DNA of 64,000 nt. Origin: Candidatus Latescibacterota bacterium. Lineage in GTDB: Bacteria > Latescibacterota > UBA2968. The DNA lies in NCBI GenBank assembly GCA_965207885.1, contig OZ242311.1, positions 5,376,001-5,440,000 of the forward strand. The letters run 5' to 3'. Position numbers and translations under genes: made by a program. Each line of letters starts with the position of its first letter. Positions within the stretch are counted from its first letter, which is position 1. Positions 49,294 through 59,710 of this stretch are shown here, one piece after another. The notes beneath the pieces are model-generated. The model worked only from the letters and a program-made list of their open reading frames with translations, had not been told where the DNA came from and did not search any database.

Positions 49294-51495
49294 TTAAAAG
49301 AAAAACATCTTGTAATGCATTTTAATACTCCGACCCGTTTCGGGCATCACGGATCGAATGCGCGAGAGATGGTTGCGGTATTCCGTATCCAAAAGGTTGT
49401 CCAAAGAGATAATAATACTATGGCGGGTATGATTGGTGTTAATGTCGCGCTGAGCATAGACACCAAAAACAGCATAGCCATCCGTAGGATCTTCAAATAT
49501 ATCCACGCGCTCCTGTCCTGCGACAAATTCCGCAGTCCCGCCAACCGTAAGATAAGGATGCTGATATGTCGTGCTTCCAACAAACTTGAGCGGTGGCATC
49601 TCGGGCAGAGGCAAATGCTCATCCCTGTTCTCTCCACGCACATAACTACCGTTCAATTCCAGATTCAAACGCGTATTCAAACGCCACCCCAGATGCATCT
49701 CCAGACCCAAAAATCGCGCGGCAACACCATCGGCAGCGTAAATCGGCAGAAGTTGGGCAAAATTGATCTCTCCGGTATTGCGCGGGGCAATATAGGTATC
49801 AAACTCGTTCCAATATCCGCTCAAAACAAAATCGAAACCCGGTTGCAGATAGTGAAAAAAGACCTCGAAGCCCAGGCTCGTTTCGGCCTCAAGATTGACA
49901 TTGCCCACTTCAAAAGTGTACGCAGCCAGATGCGGCCCATCGTTGTAAAGCTCTTCAATAGTAGGCTCCCGCTGGGATCGGCTGAAATTGAAACCGCCCG
50001 TTAGCTGATCGGTAATGTTCACAAGCGGACTGATTGCCGCAGACCAGGCGTGAAAGGTGCGACCTACACCGAGAGCCGCAATACTCCTTGTCGTCGGACG
50101 CGGATCAAAGTCGGCATACGTATAACGCGCAGCAGCCTGAAATTCAATGTCGCGATAAATAAATTCGTGGTAGAGACCTAATGAAGCGCATTGCTCTCGC
50201 GTGGGCGGCGTAAAAACAAAACCCCCCAATTTGAGGTTATGATGACCAAAGCCCAGGGACAGAACGGTATTTCGCGTCTGGCCCTGTGTGTTCATAAGCA
50301 ATTTGAGATCACCGCGGTAGTCGTGGAACAAAAACTCGGACCCAATACTGCCGCTGGATTCGTACTCGAAGTGGTGATAGAAGGTCCTGGTGAAATCCAT
50401 CTCTACACTACTGAGCACCTGACGATCAAAATGGAAGGCCGCCCTGCCATCAAACACCCGGCGATCAATATCCAGATCTACGCCATTGGGATGCCCACCA
50501 ATAAATCCACCGGGAATGCCGTATTGGGTATCGAACTGGTCAAAAGAGGCACCGATATATCCCCGGTCAGTGGGATATGACAGACCGAGCGTATGCGTGC
50601 GCGTGTCAATAGGTGTGTTGACAAGCCTGCCAATAGGCGTTTGCACATCCCGGGTATTGCGGTACGTAGTCTCGGCATACAGCGCGAGCGGCCCCACAGG
50701 CACTGTGATTCCAGCGGCAGAGAGATACCCTCTATTAACCGTCTCGCCATAAGCACCAACACTGCCAGAAACGCGCTGCGGATGGTATTCCGGAATTTTT
50801 TGTTTCACGACATTGATAACCCCACCAATGGCCGATGCCGTGTGAAGCAGTATGCGCGGTCCCCGAATAATTTCGAGACGTTCTGAATTAAAAGGCTCAA
50901 GCGTAACCGCGTGATCAGCAGAAGTAGCGGAAAGATCGCGGGTCTCCATACCATCTATATTGATCTGCACGCGATCGCCACTAAGACCGCGTATAACTGG
51001 TCGAGCAGGTGCAGGTCCCATGCTGCGGATGGCGACGCCGATTTCGTTTTTCATCGTCTCTGCAAGCGTGAGACTGTACTTCTTCTGAAGCTCATCTCCA
51101 GAAAGCACGCCAGTCGCTTCGTACAATTCTTCAAAGCGCGTCTCTGCGCTTTGGGCGACCACCTCAATGGTATCCGCAACAATTTCCCGGGCAATCATTT
51201 CGACGTACAGAATGGGCACTTTCTCATCCGAAACCCTTATTTCCCGACTCACCAATCCATACCCAACACGAAAAAAAGACAGACGATAAACACCCTGCGA
51301 CAGACGCAAGACAAAACGGCCCCGATCATCGGTTGTTGTACCCACCGCGTCATCATCGAGTATGATATCGACATTGTCAATTGTGCGTTGGGTCTTGTGA
51401 TCAAAAACATATCCCTCGAGCAATCGCGTCTCATCCGACGCGCTGATCGCGGAAAAGCAGACCACAAAAACGAGAATGAAGGCTGTAAATCTCAA
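49294..51495 (-). CDS. TonB-dependent receptor (ZnuD-like), copy 2
   Basis: Paralogue of the same length as copy 1; TTG start after AGGAGG. Confidence 0.88.
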   Translation of the reverse strand: MRFTAFILVFVVCFSAISASDETRLLEGYVFDHKTQRTIDNVDIILDDDAVGTTTDDRGRFVLRLSQGVYRLSFFRVGYGLVSREIRVSDEKVPILYVEMIAREIVADTIEVVAQSAETRFEELYEATGVLSGDELQKKYSLTLAETMKNEIGVAIRSMGPAPARPVIRGLSGDRVQINIDGMETRDLSATSADHAVTLEPFNSERLEIIRGPRILLHTASAIGGVINVVKQKIPEYHPQRVSGSVGAYGETVNRGYLSAAGITVPVGPLALYAETTYRNTRDVQTPIGRLVNTPIDTRTHTLGLSYPTDRGYIGASFDQFDTQYGIPGGFIGGHPNGVDLDIDRRVFDGRAAFHFDRQVLSSVEMDFTRTFYHHFEYESSGSIGSEFLFHDYRGDLKLLMNTQGQTRNTVLSLGFGHHNLKLGGFVFTPPTREQCASLGLYHEFIYRDIEFQAAARYTYADFDPRPTTRSIAALGVGRTFHAWSAAISPLVNITDQLTGGFNFSRSQREPTIEELYNDGPHLAAYTFEVGNVNLEAETSLGFEVFFHYLQPGFDFVLSGYWNEFDTYIAPRNTGEINFAQLLPIYAADGVAARFLGLEMHLGWRLNTRLNLELNGSYVRGENRDEHLPLPEMPPLKFVGSTTYQHPYLTVGGTAEFVAGQERVDIFEDPTDGYAVFGVYAQRDINTNHTRHSIIISLDNLLDTEYRNHLSRIRSVMPETGRSIKMHYKMFFF

Positions 51496-51559
51496 AACAT
51501 ACCTCCTATAAAAAACCCTCATCCTGTGTCTGAAAGATCGGATGAGGGCAAAGCAGTTA

Positions 51560-52048
51560 CTACCCTCCGACATGCACGGGAATGGGAATCGTGCGAAAAT
51601 CCACATGATCGTCGTGCGTGACCTGGAGCTCAATCGTAGTTTCGCCTACCTTGAGACCCCGCAGGTGAAAATCAAACTTGCCGACATCGTCGGCATCCTG
51701 AACAACTTCCAAAACCGTGGGATCGGCAATCGCCCATGTAAATTTGAAATCCGGATCATCTGGCGGGTCAATCTCGTCGCCATCTTCATCCAGAAAACGG
51801 ATGCTCCAGTGCGACGTTTCCTCATTGAGAGGGGCGTCGAGATGATCTTTCCGACCACCGCTGGCATCAATCTGCCCTCGAAAATAGCGGAAAAAACGAT
51901 TGCCCGAATCTATGATAACCAGACCCTCGGGTTCGAAATGCTCTTCCTGGTGAGACGTGGGATCATCACTACCACAACCGATCACAAAGAAAGTCAGAAC
52001 TGCCACAGCAGCAAAGGTGCGTTGAAACGAATTTCTTGCAAAAAACAT
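51560..52048 (-). CDS. His/Asp-rich lipoprotein, copy 2
   Basis: Mature protein identical to copy 1. Confidence 0.8.
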   Translation of the reverse strand: MFFARNSFQRTFAAVAVLTFFVIGCGSDDPTSHQEEHFEPEGLVIIDSGNRFFRYFRGQIDASGGRKDHLDAPLNEETSHWSIRFLDEDGDEIDPPDDPDFKFTWAIADPTVLEVVQDADDVGKFDFHLRGLKVGETTIELQVTHDDHVDFRTIPIPVHVGG

Positions 52049-52172
52049 GATACAGTCTCCTGAATAAGCCCGCACGGGCAGAGAACACAGAGAGAGGTCC
52101 TCTTATGCCCGCACAAAAAGGCACAAAAATACAGAAAAATAATGCAAACTTTAGTATTGAGATATTCAGTAT

Positions 52173-52460
52173 TCAGAAGACTACTGGAGGGGATCGGCTC
52201 TGAGGTGAAAGGGAAAACTGGCGGAATAAAAATGTGGAGTGCGGCAGAGCGAAAAAACAACAGGCGTATAATGCACTCAAAATGACTATGGCACTGATAA
52301 GACCACTAAAGCTATAAATCCAATGGCAAACGAAGCAATGGGTGTCATGTTCATCATGGTCAACATGGTCAACCGCATGCCCAAAGGCAAGGGAAAATGC
52401 ACCGACGAGCAATATGGCGATCAGCGTTTTAACGAGCGGGTGTCTGGTGTAGAGATTCAT
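52173..52460 (-). CDS. Leader peptide: His-rich CxxC plus RSPP, copy 2
   Basis: GHAVDHVDHDEHDTHCFVCH ... PQSRSPPVVF. Confidence 0.75.
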   Translation of the reverse strand: MNLYTRHPLVKTLIAILLVGAFSLAFGHAVDHVDHDEHDTHCFVCHWIYSFSGLISAIVILSALYACCFFALPHSTFLFRQFSLSPQSRSPPVVF

Positions 52461-52519
52461 TTTTAATACTATATGTATATGGGGCTACCTCGAGCAAAAA
52501 TAGTTGTCTATCAATGCGC

Positions 52520-52972
52520 CTATTTGTCCCCTGCGGAATGCGCTCGCAATTGTCTAATCGATTGCAATCGCAAAAGCAGCTTTTCGAGATTTGATTTTAG
52601 CTCTTTTTGGATCTCGACCATTTGCTCGGGCGTCACCTGTAGATTTTCTTTTTCGCCATGGTGTTCATGGCCGTGATCATGGGCCTCTGCCGAGTCATCT
52701 CCCGGCACTTCAACCACATTTTTTTCCCACAATTCAAAGTCTTTTTCGATAACCTGAAGACTATCGCGTATATCCACAGCATGATGTGAAAATGACTTCA
52801 GGCTATCCAGTTGGTTCTCAAATTGCTCTTCAATTTCCATCATCGCCTTGTGAATATCCGCCGCCTGTTGCAAGTGGTGTGCATCTTCTTTATTTTCTCC
52901 ATGGCAAGAAACAAAGAACGCAAACATTATAACACTTATCACTTTGAGCCGCATTGGATTTTGTCTCTCCAT
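52520..52972 (-). CDS. His-rich helical lipoprotein
   Basis: FVSC lipobox; VVEVPG...HDHGHEHHG. Confidence 0.7.
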   Translation of the reverse strand: MERQNPMRLKVISVIMFAFFVSCHGENKEDAHHLQQAADIHKAMMEIEEQFENQLDSLKSFSHHAVDIRDSLQVIEKDFELWEKNVVEVPGDDSAEAHDHGHEHHGEKENLQVTPEQMVEIQKELKSNLEKLLLRLQSIRQLRAHSAGDK

Positions 52973-53000
52973 ATCTTACGTCTCCTTTCGCGTGTTTATC

Positions 53001-53399
53001 CTATTTTTCACAATCATCTTTGCGACATAAATGATGATTCCGAATATGGCCTGAGATCAAAAATCCCGACCCAAAAACGGTCCCCACCCGTTCCCCTATT
53101 TCCCCAAAAAGATCATGGCCAACCATAACCATTATGACGAGAAGGGACAGCCCGAGGATACCGAAACCAATGACAAATTGATCTTTATGACGGCGACACC
53201 CCAATCCAAGAGCAAGAATGCTGGTGGGCAGAATCAGCCACATCAAAAGCCCATGAAAATGTTCATCGCCAACAAATGTAGTAGCCAACAACGGAAACGC
53301 AATAAGTGCAACAGGCAATGTCAAACAATGGATCGCACACATTGTTGAAAGAACAATGGCGATTTTATCACCTGCGGTTTGATAGCTCAAACGCGCCAT
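53001..53399 (-). CDS. MerC-domain membrane protein
   Basis: DKIAIVLSTMCAIHC, HFH, GCRRH, HIRNHHLC. Confidence 0.82.
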   Translation of the reverse strand: MARLSYQTAGDKIAIVLSTMCAIHCLTLPVALIAFPLLATTFVGDEHFHGLLMWLILPTSILALGLGCRRHKDQFVIGFGILGLSLLVIMVMVGHDLFGEIGERVGTVFGSGFLISGHIRNHHLCRKDDCEK

Positions 53400-53434
53400 T
53401 TATTATCTCCTTCTTATTCATAATAACGACACAA

Positions 53435-53968
53435 TTAATATGTATCACCAGGATTGTTTTTCATATCGCGCTTATCCATCACCTCGGCTTTGCTGATGCG
53501 AAAAAAGAGTTCGGAAGGATCTTTTTGCAACAATTCCAGACGACCTGTAATAGTAACGGGATAATAAGTAAAATCAATCGGTTTGCTCGGGTGAACATCT
53601 ACAAGAGACTCAGGCCCACCTCCGCCTACACAAAATGAACAGCCCCCAAGTGAATACGGAGTCAAAACAAAACGCGCCTGTTTTTTTTGAGCCGATAGCG
53701 GAATCATAAACCCGACAAGCTCGACGTGTTTGCCATTCATTTTTTTCAACGTATCGGAAAATATGGGTATAAAGGTTGGCGCATAGGGATCATAACTCAC
53801 CGTCGCAAGGGTTTCCCAAAGCGACCCCTTCATCATCTGGGGCAATGGAGACGCCTGAAGTTCTGGGCGATGGTCTAATGACGAGGGCGGTGCCTCACTG
53901 CCAGTATCTATTCTCAAAACCACAGCAAATAACAAAATAAACATTACCGTGCGTTGTATATTCATCAC
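53435..53968 (-). CDS. DUF3299-family protein
   Basis: GKHVELVGFMIPL, FVLTPY..GCSFC, PVTITGRL. Confidence 0.75.
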   Translation of the reverse strand: MMNIQRTVMFILLFAVVLRIDTGSEAPPSSLDHRPELQASPLPQMMKGSLWETLATVSYDPYAPTFIPIFSDTLKKMNGKHVELVGFMIPLSAQKKQARFVLTPYSLGGCSFCVGGGGPESLVDVHPSKPIDFTYYPVTITGRLELLQKDPSELFFRISKAEVMDKRDMKNNPGDTY

Positions 53969-55239
53969 GATACCTCCACAAGTGTTTGTGCAACATCTGT
54001 CCGATAGACCTGAAGCGCCGGTATAAGAGCCGATACACTACCCAACACAAGCGCCAGACCAATGAGCCAGAATTCATCGGACAAAATAATCCATCCCGTC
54101 AAATTTATATGCTGTGCCTCGCGCACCCATGCGCCAATCACCTCAGTGCTGGCATGCCCAAGCACAAAGCCCAATCCCGTACCCATAAATGTAAGCAAAA
54201 CCCCCTCCAAAAGCACCTGAACAAAAAGTTTGCCGCGACTTGCCCCCAGAGCACGCATCATAGCCAGATCGTATCGCCGATCTTTCATCGCATTATAAAG
54301 TGCCACAAAAATGCTCAACGCCGCTGCAAACACCAGAACCCCACCAAAAACCCGCACCACCTCCAACCCAACACCGAGCAATGCAAAAAGGCGCGTTGTC
54401 TCAAATGCGGGGGACGCAGCCTGAAATTTGGTCTCTTTATTAACATACCTCGGAAATGACACGGCTGCAATAGGTGAACGATAGCGAATCAACAAACCCG
54501 TAACTTCGCGCTCGGCATCGGCTTCACTGTCCATCGGCAAACCGAGAACATCGCGTGCGCGATTCTCATCGGCCTGGCTCTCCAGGTGGTGATCCAGTCC
54601 ATCGCCCTCTTCTTCATGCGGTTCGTGAACCAGCCAGACCGTTTCCACAGCAGTCAGTAACAGACGATCGATAATCGAACCCGTTGGTTGCAAAACACCC
54701 ACCACGCGAAACGGTTGCGATTCGTGTTGTTCAGAAGCTGTTTCTGCGGTCAACCCATGCGAACTAATAACCTCATCACCCAGTGCAAGACCCGTCTCGC
54801 TGGCAACCTGCGCGCCTATAACCACCTGGTATGGCTCATCCCAAAAGGTACCATCAACCAATTCCGCCCGGTAGTGTTTGGCGTATGCGGATGTCGTTCC
54901 CACAATGCGATATCCCCGATAATTATCCCCCAATGCCAGAGGTATCGCCTGTGCAACCGCTCTGTTTTTTGCCAGTTCACGCGCCTCTAAAAGCGGTATA
55001 TTTCCCGTTGGCACATCAACGTGAAAGACACTGGATAAAATCAATTGCAAAGGACTGCCCTTAGCCCCCACAACGACATCGATATTTTGAACATTTCGGT
55101 GCAAATTCTCTTCAAATTGTTCGCCAAAAAGCAACAAAACAACGACAATACCCGTTCCAAGTCCCAACAATATCATATTGAGCAATGTATTCAACTTGCG
55201 CCGATAAATATAGGCCAGACTAATTTTGAAAAGATTCAT
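53965..55239 (-). CDS. ABC transporter permease (MacB/FtsX-type, ZrgC-like)
   Basis: VGAKGSPLQLIL, PLALGDNYRGYRIVGTT, His-rich inserts, LAMMRALGASR. Confidence 0.88.
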   Translation of the reverse strand: MNLFKISLAYIYRRKLNTLLNMILLGLGTGIVVVLLLFGEQFEENLHRNVQNIDVVVGAKGSPLQLILSSVFHVDVPTGNIPLLEARELAKNRAVAQAIPLALGDNYRGYRIVGTTSAYAKHYRAELVDGTFWDEPYQVVIGAQVASETGLALGDEVISSHGLTAETASEQHESQPFRVVGVLQPTGSIIDRLLLTAVETVWLVHEPHEEEGDGLDHHLESQADENRARDVLGLPMDSEADAEREVTGLLIRYRSPIAAVSFPRYVNKETKFQAASPAFETTRLFALLGVGLEVVRVFGGVLVFAAALSIFVALYNAMKDRRYDLAMMRALGASRGKLFVQVLLEGVLLTFMGTGLGFVLGHASTEVIGAWVREAQHINLTGWIILSDEFWLIGLALVLGSVSALIPALQVYRTDVAQTLVEVS

Positions 55240-55889
55240 GTGGGCAATTCCACCTGTTCATCGAGCGCAATACAATGGTCAAAACTATCGGTAATGCGAT
55301 GATCATGTGACGCCACCACCAGAGTTGCCTGAACCTCTCGCGCCGATGACGTGAGCAAATCCAACACCTGCTTGCTGCGCGCGTCATCCAATCCAGATGT
55401 CGGTTCATCGGCCAACAGCAATTGGGGGCGGTTAACAACAGCCCGGGCGATTGCCACGCGCTGTTGTTGACCAAAACTCAGTTCCGATGGATAAGCGTGT
55501 TCGCGACCTGCGAGACCGAGAGCCGCAAGCACCTGTTGGACACGCGCTTTGTCCTGCTGTACACCGGCCATATAATGCGCCATAAGCAAATTTTCCAGCA
55601 CCGTAAAAACCGGGAACAGGTGAAATTGTTGAAAAACAATGCCAATGCGTTGCCCGCGAAATCGATCGCGAGCGGTCTCTGTCATTGCATAAATATCCTG
55701 TTTGGCAATATGCACACTGCCCTGTGAGGGCTTTAACAAACCGGCGATAATATGCAAAAGCGTCGTCTTCCCGCTTCCCGATGGCCCGTGCAACAGCCAT
55801 TTTTCATCGGGCTGGGCCTCAATATATTCTGGCAAGTCCAATACAAGACGACTGCCATAAACATGCCCAACGTGTTTAAGTACAAACAT
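55236..55889 (-). CDS. ABC transporter ATP-binding protein (LolD-like)
   Basis: GPSGSGKTT, LSFGQQQRVAIAR, LLADEPT. Confidence 0.92.
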   Translation of the reverse strand: MFVLKHVGHVYGSRLVLDLPEYIEAQPDEKWLLHGPSGSGKTTLLHIIAGLLKPSQGSVHIAKQDIYAMTETARDRFRGQRIGIVFQQFHLFPVFTVLENLLMAHYMAGVQQDKARVQQVLAALGLAGREHAYPSELSFGQQQRVAIARAVVNRPQLLLADEPTSGLDDARSKQVLDLLTSSAREVQATLVVASHDHRITDSFDHCIALDEQVELPT

Positions 55890-55969
55890 GAGATAGTATT
55901 CAAAAAATGCGATGTGTGACTTCTAAATGTTACGAGGCCGTCAAAATCGAGCGGATGAGGCAGTTTCGG

Positions 55970-57190
55970 TCATTCTGACTCCTCAACCATTTGAAGCTCC
56001 GGAAACGGGTTCCGGAACCCTGCCCAGGTCTTGCTGTTAGCGGAGGCGAGGCGCTCGTCGAGCAGGCATGCATCGAGGCGAGCGCGCATCGCCGCCTCGT
56101 GCATCTGCTGGCCGATGAAGACGAGTTGTTGCGCGCGATCGCCGAAGCGAGGATGCCAGTCCGGCTGCTGGTCAGGTCGCCGACCCTCGGGGTGCCCCCA
56201 GTGTTCGCGAGGCACGGCCGCCCACCACATCCCAACGGGGTTCACGTTGATGACGCCGCCGGCTTGAGACCACTCGTAGAGGATCCGATGGTCAGCGGCG
56301 ACCCAGAAGAAGCCCTTCGAGCGGAGCACGCCGCTCCAGTTCTCGGCGTCGTGCAGAAGTGCCCACAGCTTCTCGGCGTCGAAGGGCTGCGACGTCCGAT
56401 AGGTGAAGCTCGAGATCCCGTACTCCTCAGTCTCCGGCGTGTGCTCACCCTGAAGCTCTCGAATCCAGCCGGCGGAGTGCGCCGCCTTCTCGTAGTCGAA
56501 CAGGCCCGTGTCGAGCACGCATTTGAGAGGAACCTCTCCGTGCGTCGCCATGAGGACCTCCGCGCCGGGGTTGAACGCTTTCACGATCGCCTCGACCTCG
56601 AGAGCCTGATCGTCGCTCACGAGATCGAGCTTGTTCAGCACGATGACGTCGGCGAACTCGATCTGGTCGATGAGCAGGTCGGTCACCGTCCGGTGATCTT
56701 CTTCGCCCAGCGACTCACCCCGGTCTTGGAGCGCCTCGGCGGCGTTGTAGTCCCGCAGGAAGCTCGCCGCGTCCACGACTGTGACCATTGTGTCGAGGCG
56801 CGAAACCTGACCCAGGCTCACACCGTTCTCGTCCTCGAAGGTGAAGGTCTGCGCGACGGGAATAGGCTCCGAGATCCCCGTGGACTCGATGAGCAGGTAG
56901 TCGAAGCGTCCCTCCTGCGCGAGCCGTGAGACCTCGGCGAGCAGGTCGTCTCGCAACGTGCAGCAGATGCAGCCGTTCGACATCTCGATCAGCTTCTCCT
57001 CGGTCCGCGAGAGTTCCGCACCGCCGCGCTCAACGAGCGTCGCGTCGATGTTGACCTCGCTCATATCGTTGACGATGACCGCGACGCGCATGCCCTCGCG
57101 GTTGTTGAGCACGTTGTTGAGTAGAGTAGTCTTGCCTGCGCCGAGAAAGCCGGACAGGACAGTAACGGGAAGTCTCTCTGACAAGGGCAC
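55970..57190 (-). CDS. COG0523 Zn-metallochaperone GTPase (YciC/ZigA type)
   Basis: [50 protein letters not shown]. Confidence 0.92.
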   Translation of the reverse strand: MPLSERLPVTVLSGFLGAGKTTLLNNVLNNREGMRVAVIVNDMSEVNIDATLVERGGAELSRTEEKLIEMSNGCICCTLRDDLLAEVSRLAQEGRFDYLLIESTGISEPIPVAQTFTFEDENGVSLGQVSRLDTMVTVVDAASFLRDYNAAEALQDRGESLGEEDHRTVTDLLIDQIEFADVIVLNKLDLVSDDQALEVEAIVKAFNPGAEVLMATHGEVPLKCVLDTGLFDYEKAAHSAGWIRELQGEHTPETEEYGISSFTYRTSQPFDAEKLWALLHDAENWSGVLRSKGFFWVAADHRILYEWSQAGGVINVNPVGMWWAAVPREHWGHPEGRRPDQQPDWHPRFGDRAQQLVFIGQQMHEAAMRARLDACLLDERLASANSKTWAGFRNPFPELQMVEESE

Positions 57191-57270
57191 TTTAGTTTCC
57201 TCTCTTAAAGGGTGATGACATCCAACAGCGAATCATTCAAACCGGTAGCGATTCAGTTTGCGGTCGTGCT

Positions 57271-58317
57271 TCACCTGTTGCCCACTCGCCAAACCGTCGC
57301 GCCACCCTGAGCGTCGAGCGCAGCAAGCGCACGTCCATCTGGTCGCCAGTACAAGGCGCTGACAACATCTGCCACAAGCGCAATTCCTATCGGATTGCCT
57401 TGTCCATCGCGCCTGAGTGACCACACAACTACGCCGCCATCCCGAGCTCCCGAGGCCAAGCGCATCCCGCGGTGAGCGAAGGCGAGCTTTGTAACAGTTT
57501 GAACATGAAAATATAGAGTACCGGGCCGCGTGCCTTCGGGACCTCTTCCCTGGAAGCTCCAGACCGTCACCGCCTCGCCTCCACCGGTGGCCAAAAGGGT
57601 GCCAGTGTCATCGAAGGCCAAGGCGGACGGCTTGGCAGGATATCCTGACATCATCGAGTCCTGCTTCGTGGAGCGACGCCAGAAATGCACCGAGTTGTCC
57701 TGGCTGCCGCAGGCCACGATATCCCCGTCCGGGCTCAGTACCATCGACACCAAGGATCCCATCCACTCCAGCTTCTGGCGAAGTTCCCCAGTAGATGCGT
57801 CGAAGAACGTCACCCGACCGTAACAGGCCGTCGCCAACTCCCCTGCGCTGGACCAGGCGATCGCGCTGACGGTGCTGGGATGATCATCAGATCGCCAGAC
57901 TTCTCCGCCGTCCGCACCATACGCGCGAACCTGCCGGGAGCAGGAAGCCGCCAGCCATTGGCCGTCCGGCGACCACGCCACGTTCTCCACCCAATCGCTG
58001 CCGACGTCGATAGCCTGTTTTACCTGACCTTCGGCGACACCCCAGATAAGGACTCGTCCGTCCTGGCCAGCCGTAGCGAACGCGGTTCCGCTTGGGTGGA
58101 TCGCCATCGCGAGCACGCCGCCATCATGCCCTCTCTGCCGGGCCCAGGCGCTTGCGCCGGACTTGCCGTCGAACGCGTAGATGCCACCCGCGGCGTCACT
58201 GACCACCAGTGCCTCACCGCGGAGGGTCCAGCCCCCGGCGATGGCGTAGTCGCCGACCGCCGCAGACCAGCCCCGGCGAAGAACACCCTTTGAGCTGACG
58301 ACATTCAAATCAGACAT
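57271..58317 (-). CDS. WD40-repeat protein
   Basis: ATAGQDGRVLIW, VAWSPDG, ACGSQDNSVHFW, LASGARDG. Confidence 0.9.
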   Translation of the reverse strand: MSDLNVVSSKGVLRRGWSAAVGDYAIAGGWTLRGEALVVSDAAGGIYAFDGKSGASAWARQRGHDGGVLAMAIHPSGTAFATAGQDGRVLIWGVAEGQVKQAIDVGSDWVENVAWSPDGQWLAASCSRQVRAYGADGGEVWRSDDHPSTVSAIAWSSAGELATACYGRVTFFDASTGELRQKLEWMGSLVSMVLSPDGDIVACGSQDNSVHFWRRSTKQDSMMSGYPAKPSALAFDDTGTLLATGGGEAVTVWSFQGRGPEGTRPGTLYFHVQTVTKLAFAHRGMRLASGARDGGVVVWSLRRDGQGNPIGIALVADVVSALYWRPDGRALAALDAQGGATVWRVGNR

Positions 58318-59651
58318 GCCTCGAATCCCTGCCGCATGCTCTGCTCATCGAGGTTGCGGCCGATGAAGACGAGCTGATTGCGCCGGGGCGAGTCTCCCCA
58401 TGGACGCTCCGGCTGGCCGTCAAAGAGCATGTGAACCCCCTGGAAGACGAAGCGACACGACTCACCCGCGAGGCTGATGAAGCCCTTCATTCGGAAGATG
58501 TCCACCCCGCGCTCACGGAGCAGTTCGCCAAGCCAGACGTCGAGCCTTTCGGAATCTACGTCGCCGTCCATCTCGATCGCGATAGAGCCCACCTCGTCGT
58601 CGTGCTCGTGCTGTGCGACCCAGGTGCGCTCGACCTCTTGCTTGATTGTCGCTCCTTCCGCGTTCGTCAGTTGGAGATCGAACTCCTCCGCGGTGTGCTG
58701 GGCGTAGAGGCCAATCCGCATCTGCGTATCGACCTCCAGGAAGAACGACTTGCGCCCTGCGGAATCGAGCCGGAGGTTCACATGCTTTCCGACAGGAATC
58801 TCTTCCCCCGGGCGAATGAGGTCCGCAGGTTCGGCGTACCGCCGCACACTCCACTCCGCACCCTCACGGAGGGCAGCGTCATCCGTGCCCTGGTCGGACA
58901 CGACGACGAGCGACATCGTCGGATCAGGTCCATCGGCGAGGCTGAGTTCGTAGCGGCCGATATCGAGCGAATAGACGCCAGTCCATTCGAACGGATACTC
59001 CGGCTCGAGGAAGGCGGGACGACGCTCGAGCACCTGATCCAGGTCGAAGGCACCGAGGTTGAGTACCGTGTCCAGGGAGACGTTCGCCCGCTCGCTACGC
59101 ACGACTTGCGCCATTCGGTTCATGTCCTGGATCCGAGCCTCGATCCTGTCGAGCACCCCGCCGTTGACGAGGTCCGTCTTGTTAAGAACAAGGACGTCTG
59201 CGAACGCGATCTGTTCCGTGCTCTCGTCGCTTCGTCCGAGTTGCTGCTCGATGTGGGCTGCGTCAACGAGCGTGACGATCCCGTCAAGCGCGAACTCCGC
59301 GCGAATCTCGTCGTCCATGAAAAAGGTTTGAGCGACCGGACCGGGATCGGCGAGCCCTGTGGTCTCCACCAACACGTAGTCGAACTTGTCTCGGCGCTTC
59401 ATGAGGTTGCCGAGCACGCGAATCAGGTCTCCGCGCACCGTGCAGCAGATGCAGCCGTTCGACATTTCGAAGATCTCCTCGTCAGCATTTATGACAAGCT
59501 CATGATCGATGCCGACCTCCCCGTATTCGTTCTCGATCACGGCAATGCGCTTGCCGTGCTCCTCACTCAAGATCCGGTTGAGCAGGGTCGTCTTGCCAGA
59601 GCCGAGGAAGCCGGTGAGGATGGAAACAGGTACTTTTCGCGGTGTGTTCAT
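58305..59651 (-). CDS. COG0523 GTPase (YjiA/CobW type) with inserted domain
   Basis: TGFLGSGKTT, NEYGEVGID, GCICC, ETTGLADP, FRMKG, FQGVH. Confidence 0.92.
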   Translation of the reverse strand: MNTPRKVPVSILTGFLGSGKTTLLNRILSEEHGKRIAVIENEYGEVGIDHELVINADEEIFEMSNGCICCTVRGDLIRVLGNLMKRRDKFDYVLVETTGLADPGPVAQTFFMDDEIRAEFALDGIVTLVDAAHIEQQLGRSDESTEQIAFADVLVLNKTDLVNGGVLDRIEARIQDMNRMAQVVRSERANVSLDTVLNLGAFDLDQVLERRPAFLEPEYPFEWTGVYSLDIGRYELSLADGPDPTMSLVVVSDQGTDDAALREGAEWSVRRYAEPADLIRPGEEIPVGKHVNLRLDSAGRKSFFLEVDTQMRIGLYAQHTAEEFDLQLTNAEGATIKQEVERTWVAQHEHDDEVGSIAIEMDGDVDSERLDVWLGELLRERGVDIFRMKGFISLAGESCRFVFQGVHMLFDGQPERPWGDSPRRNQLVFIGRNLDEQSMRQGFEACLI

Positions 59652-59710
59652 CTAGTTCTCCTGGAGCAGAGGGTGGTGATGTGCCGATCAATATACATTC
59701 TATTCTCCCT

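Larger units (their letters stand above)
45898..52498. repeat. Tandem duplication of an approximately 3.3 kb unit (45898-49158 and 49204-52498)
   Basis: Each unit is leader ORF + 489-nt lipoprotein + 2202-nt TonB receptor; shared flanks aaagatag..ttgac..caaaaagagcaagccccagatcagt and ctcgagcaaa. Confidence 0.93.

Noticed and set aside
45898-52498. Diversity-generating retroelement template/variable repeat pair
   Set aside because: No reverse transcriptase, differences are not adenine-specific, and whole genes are duplicated.
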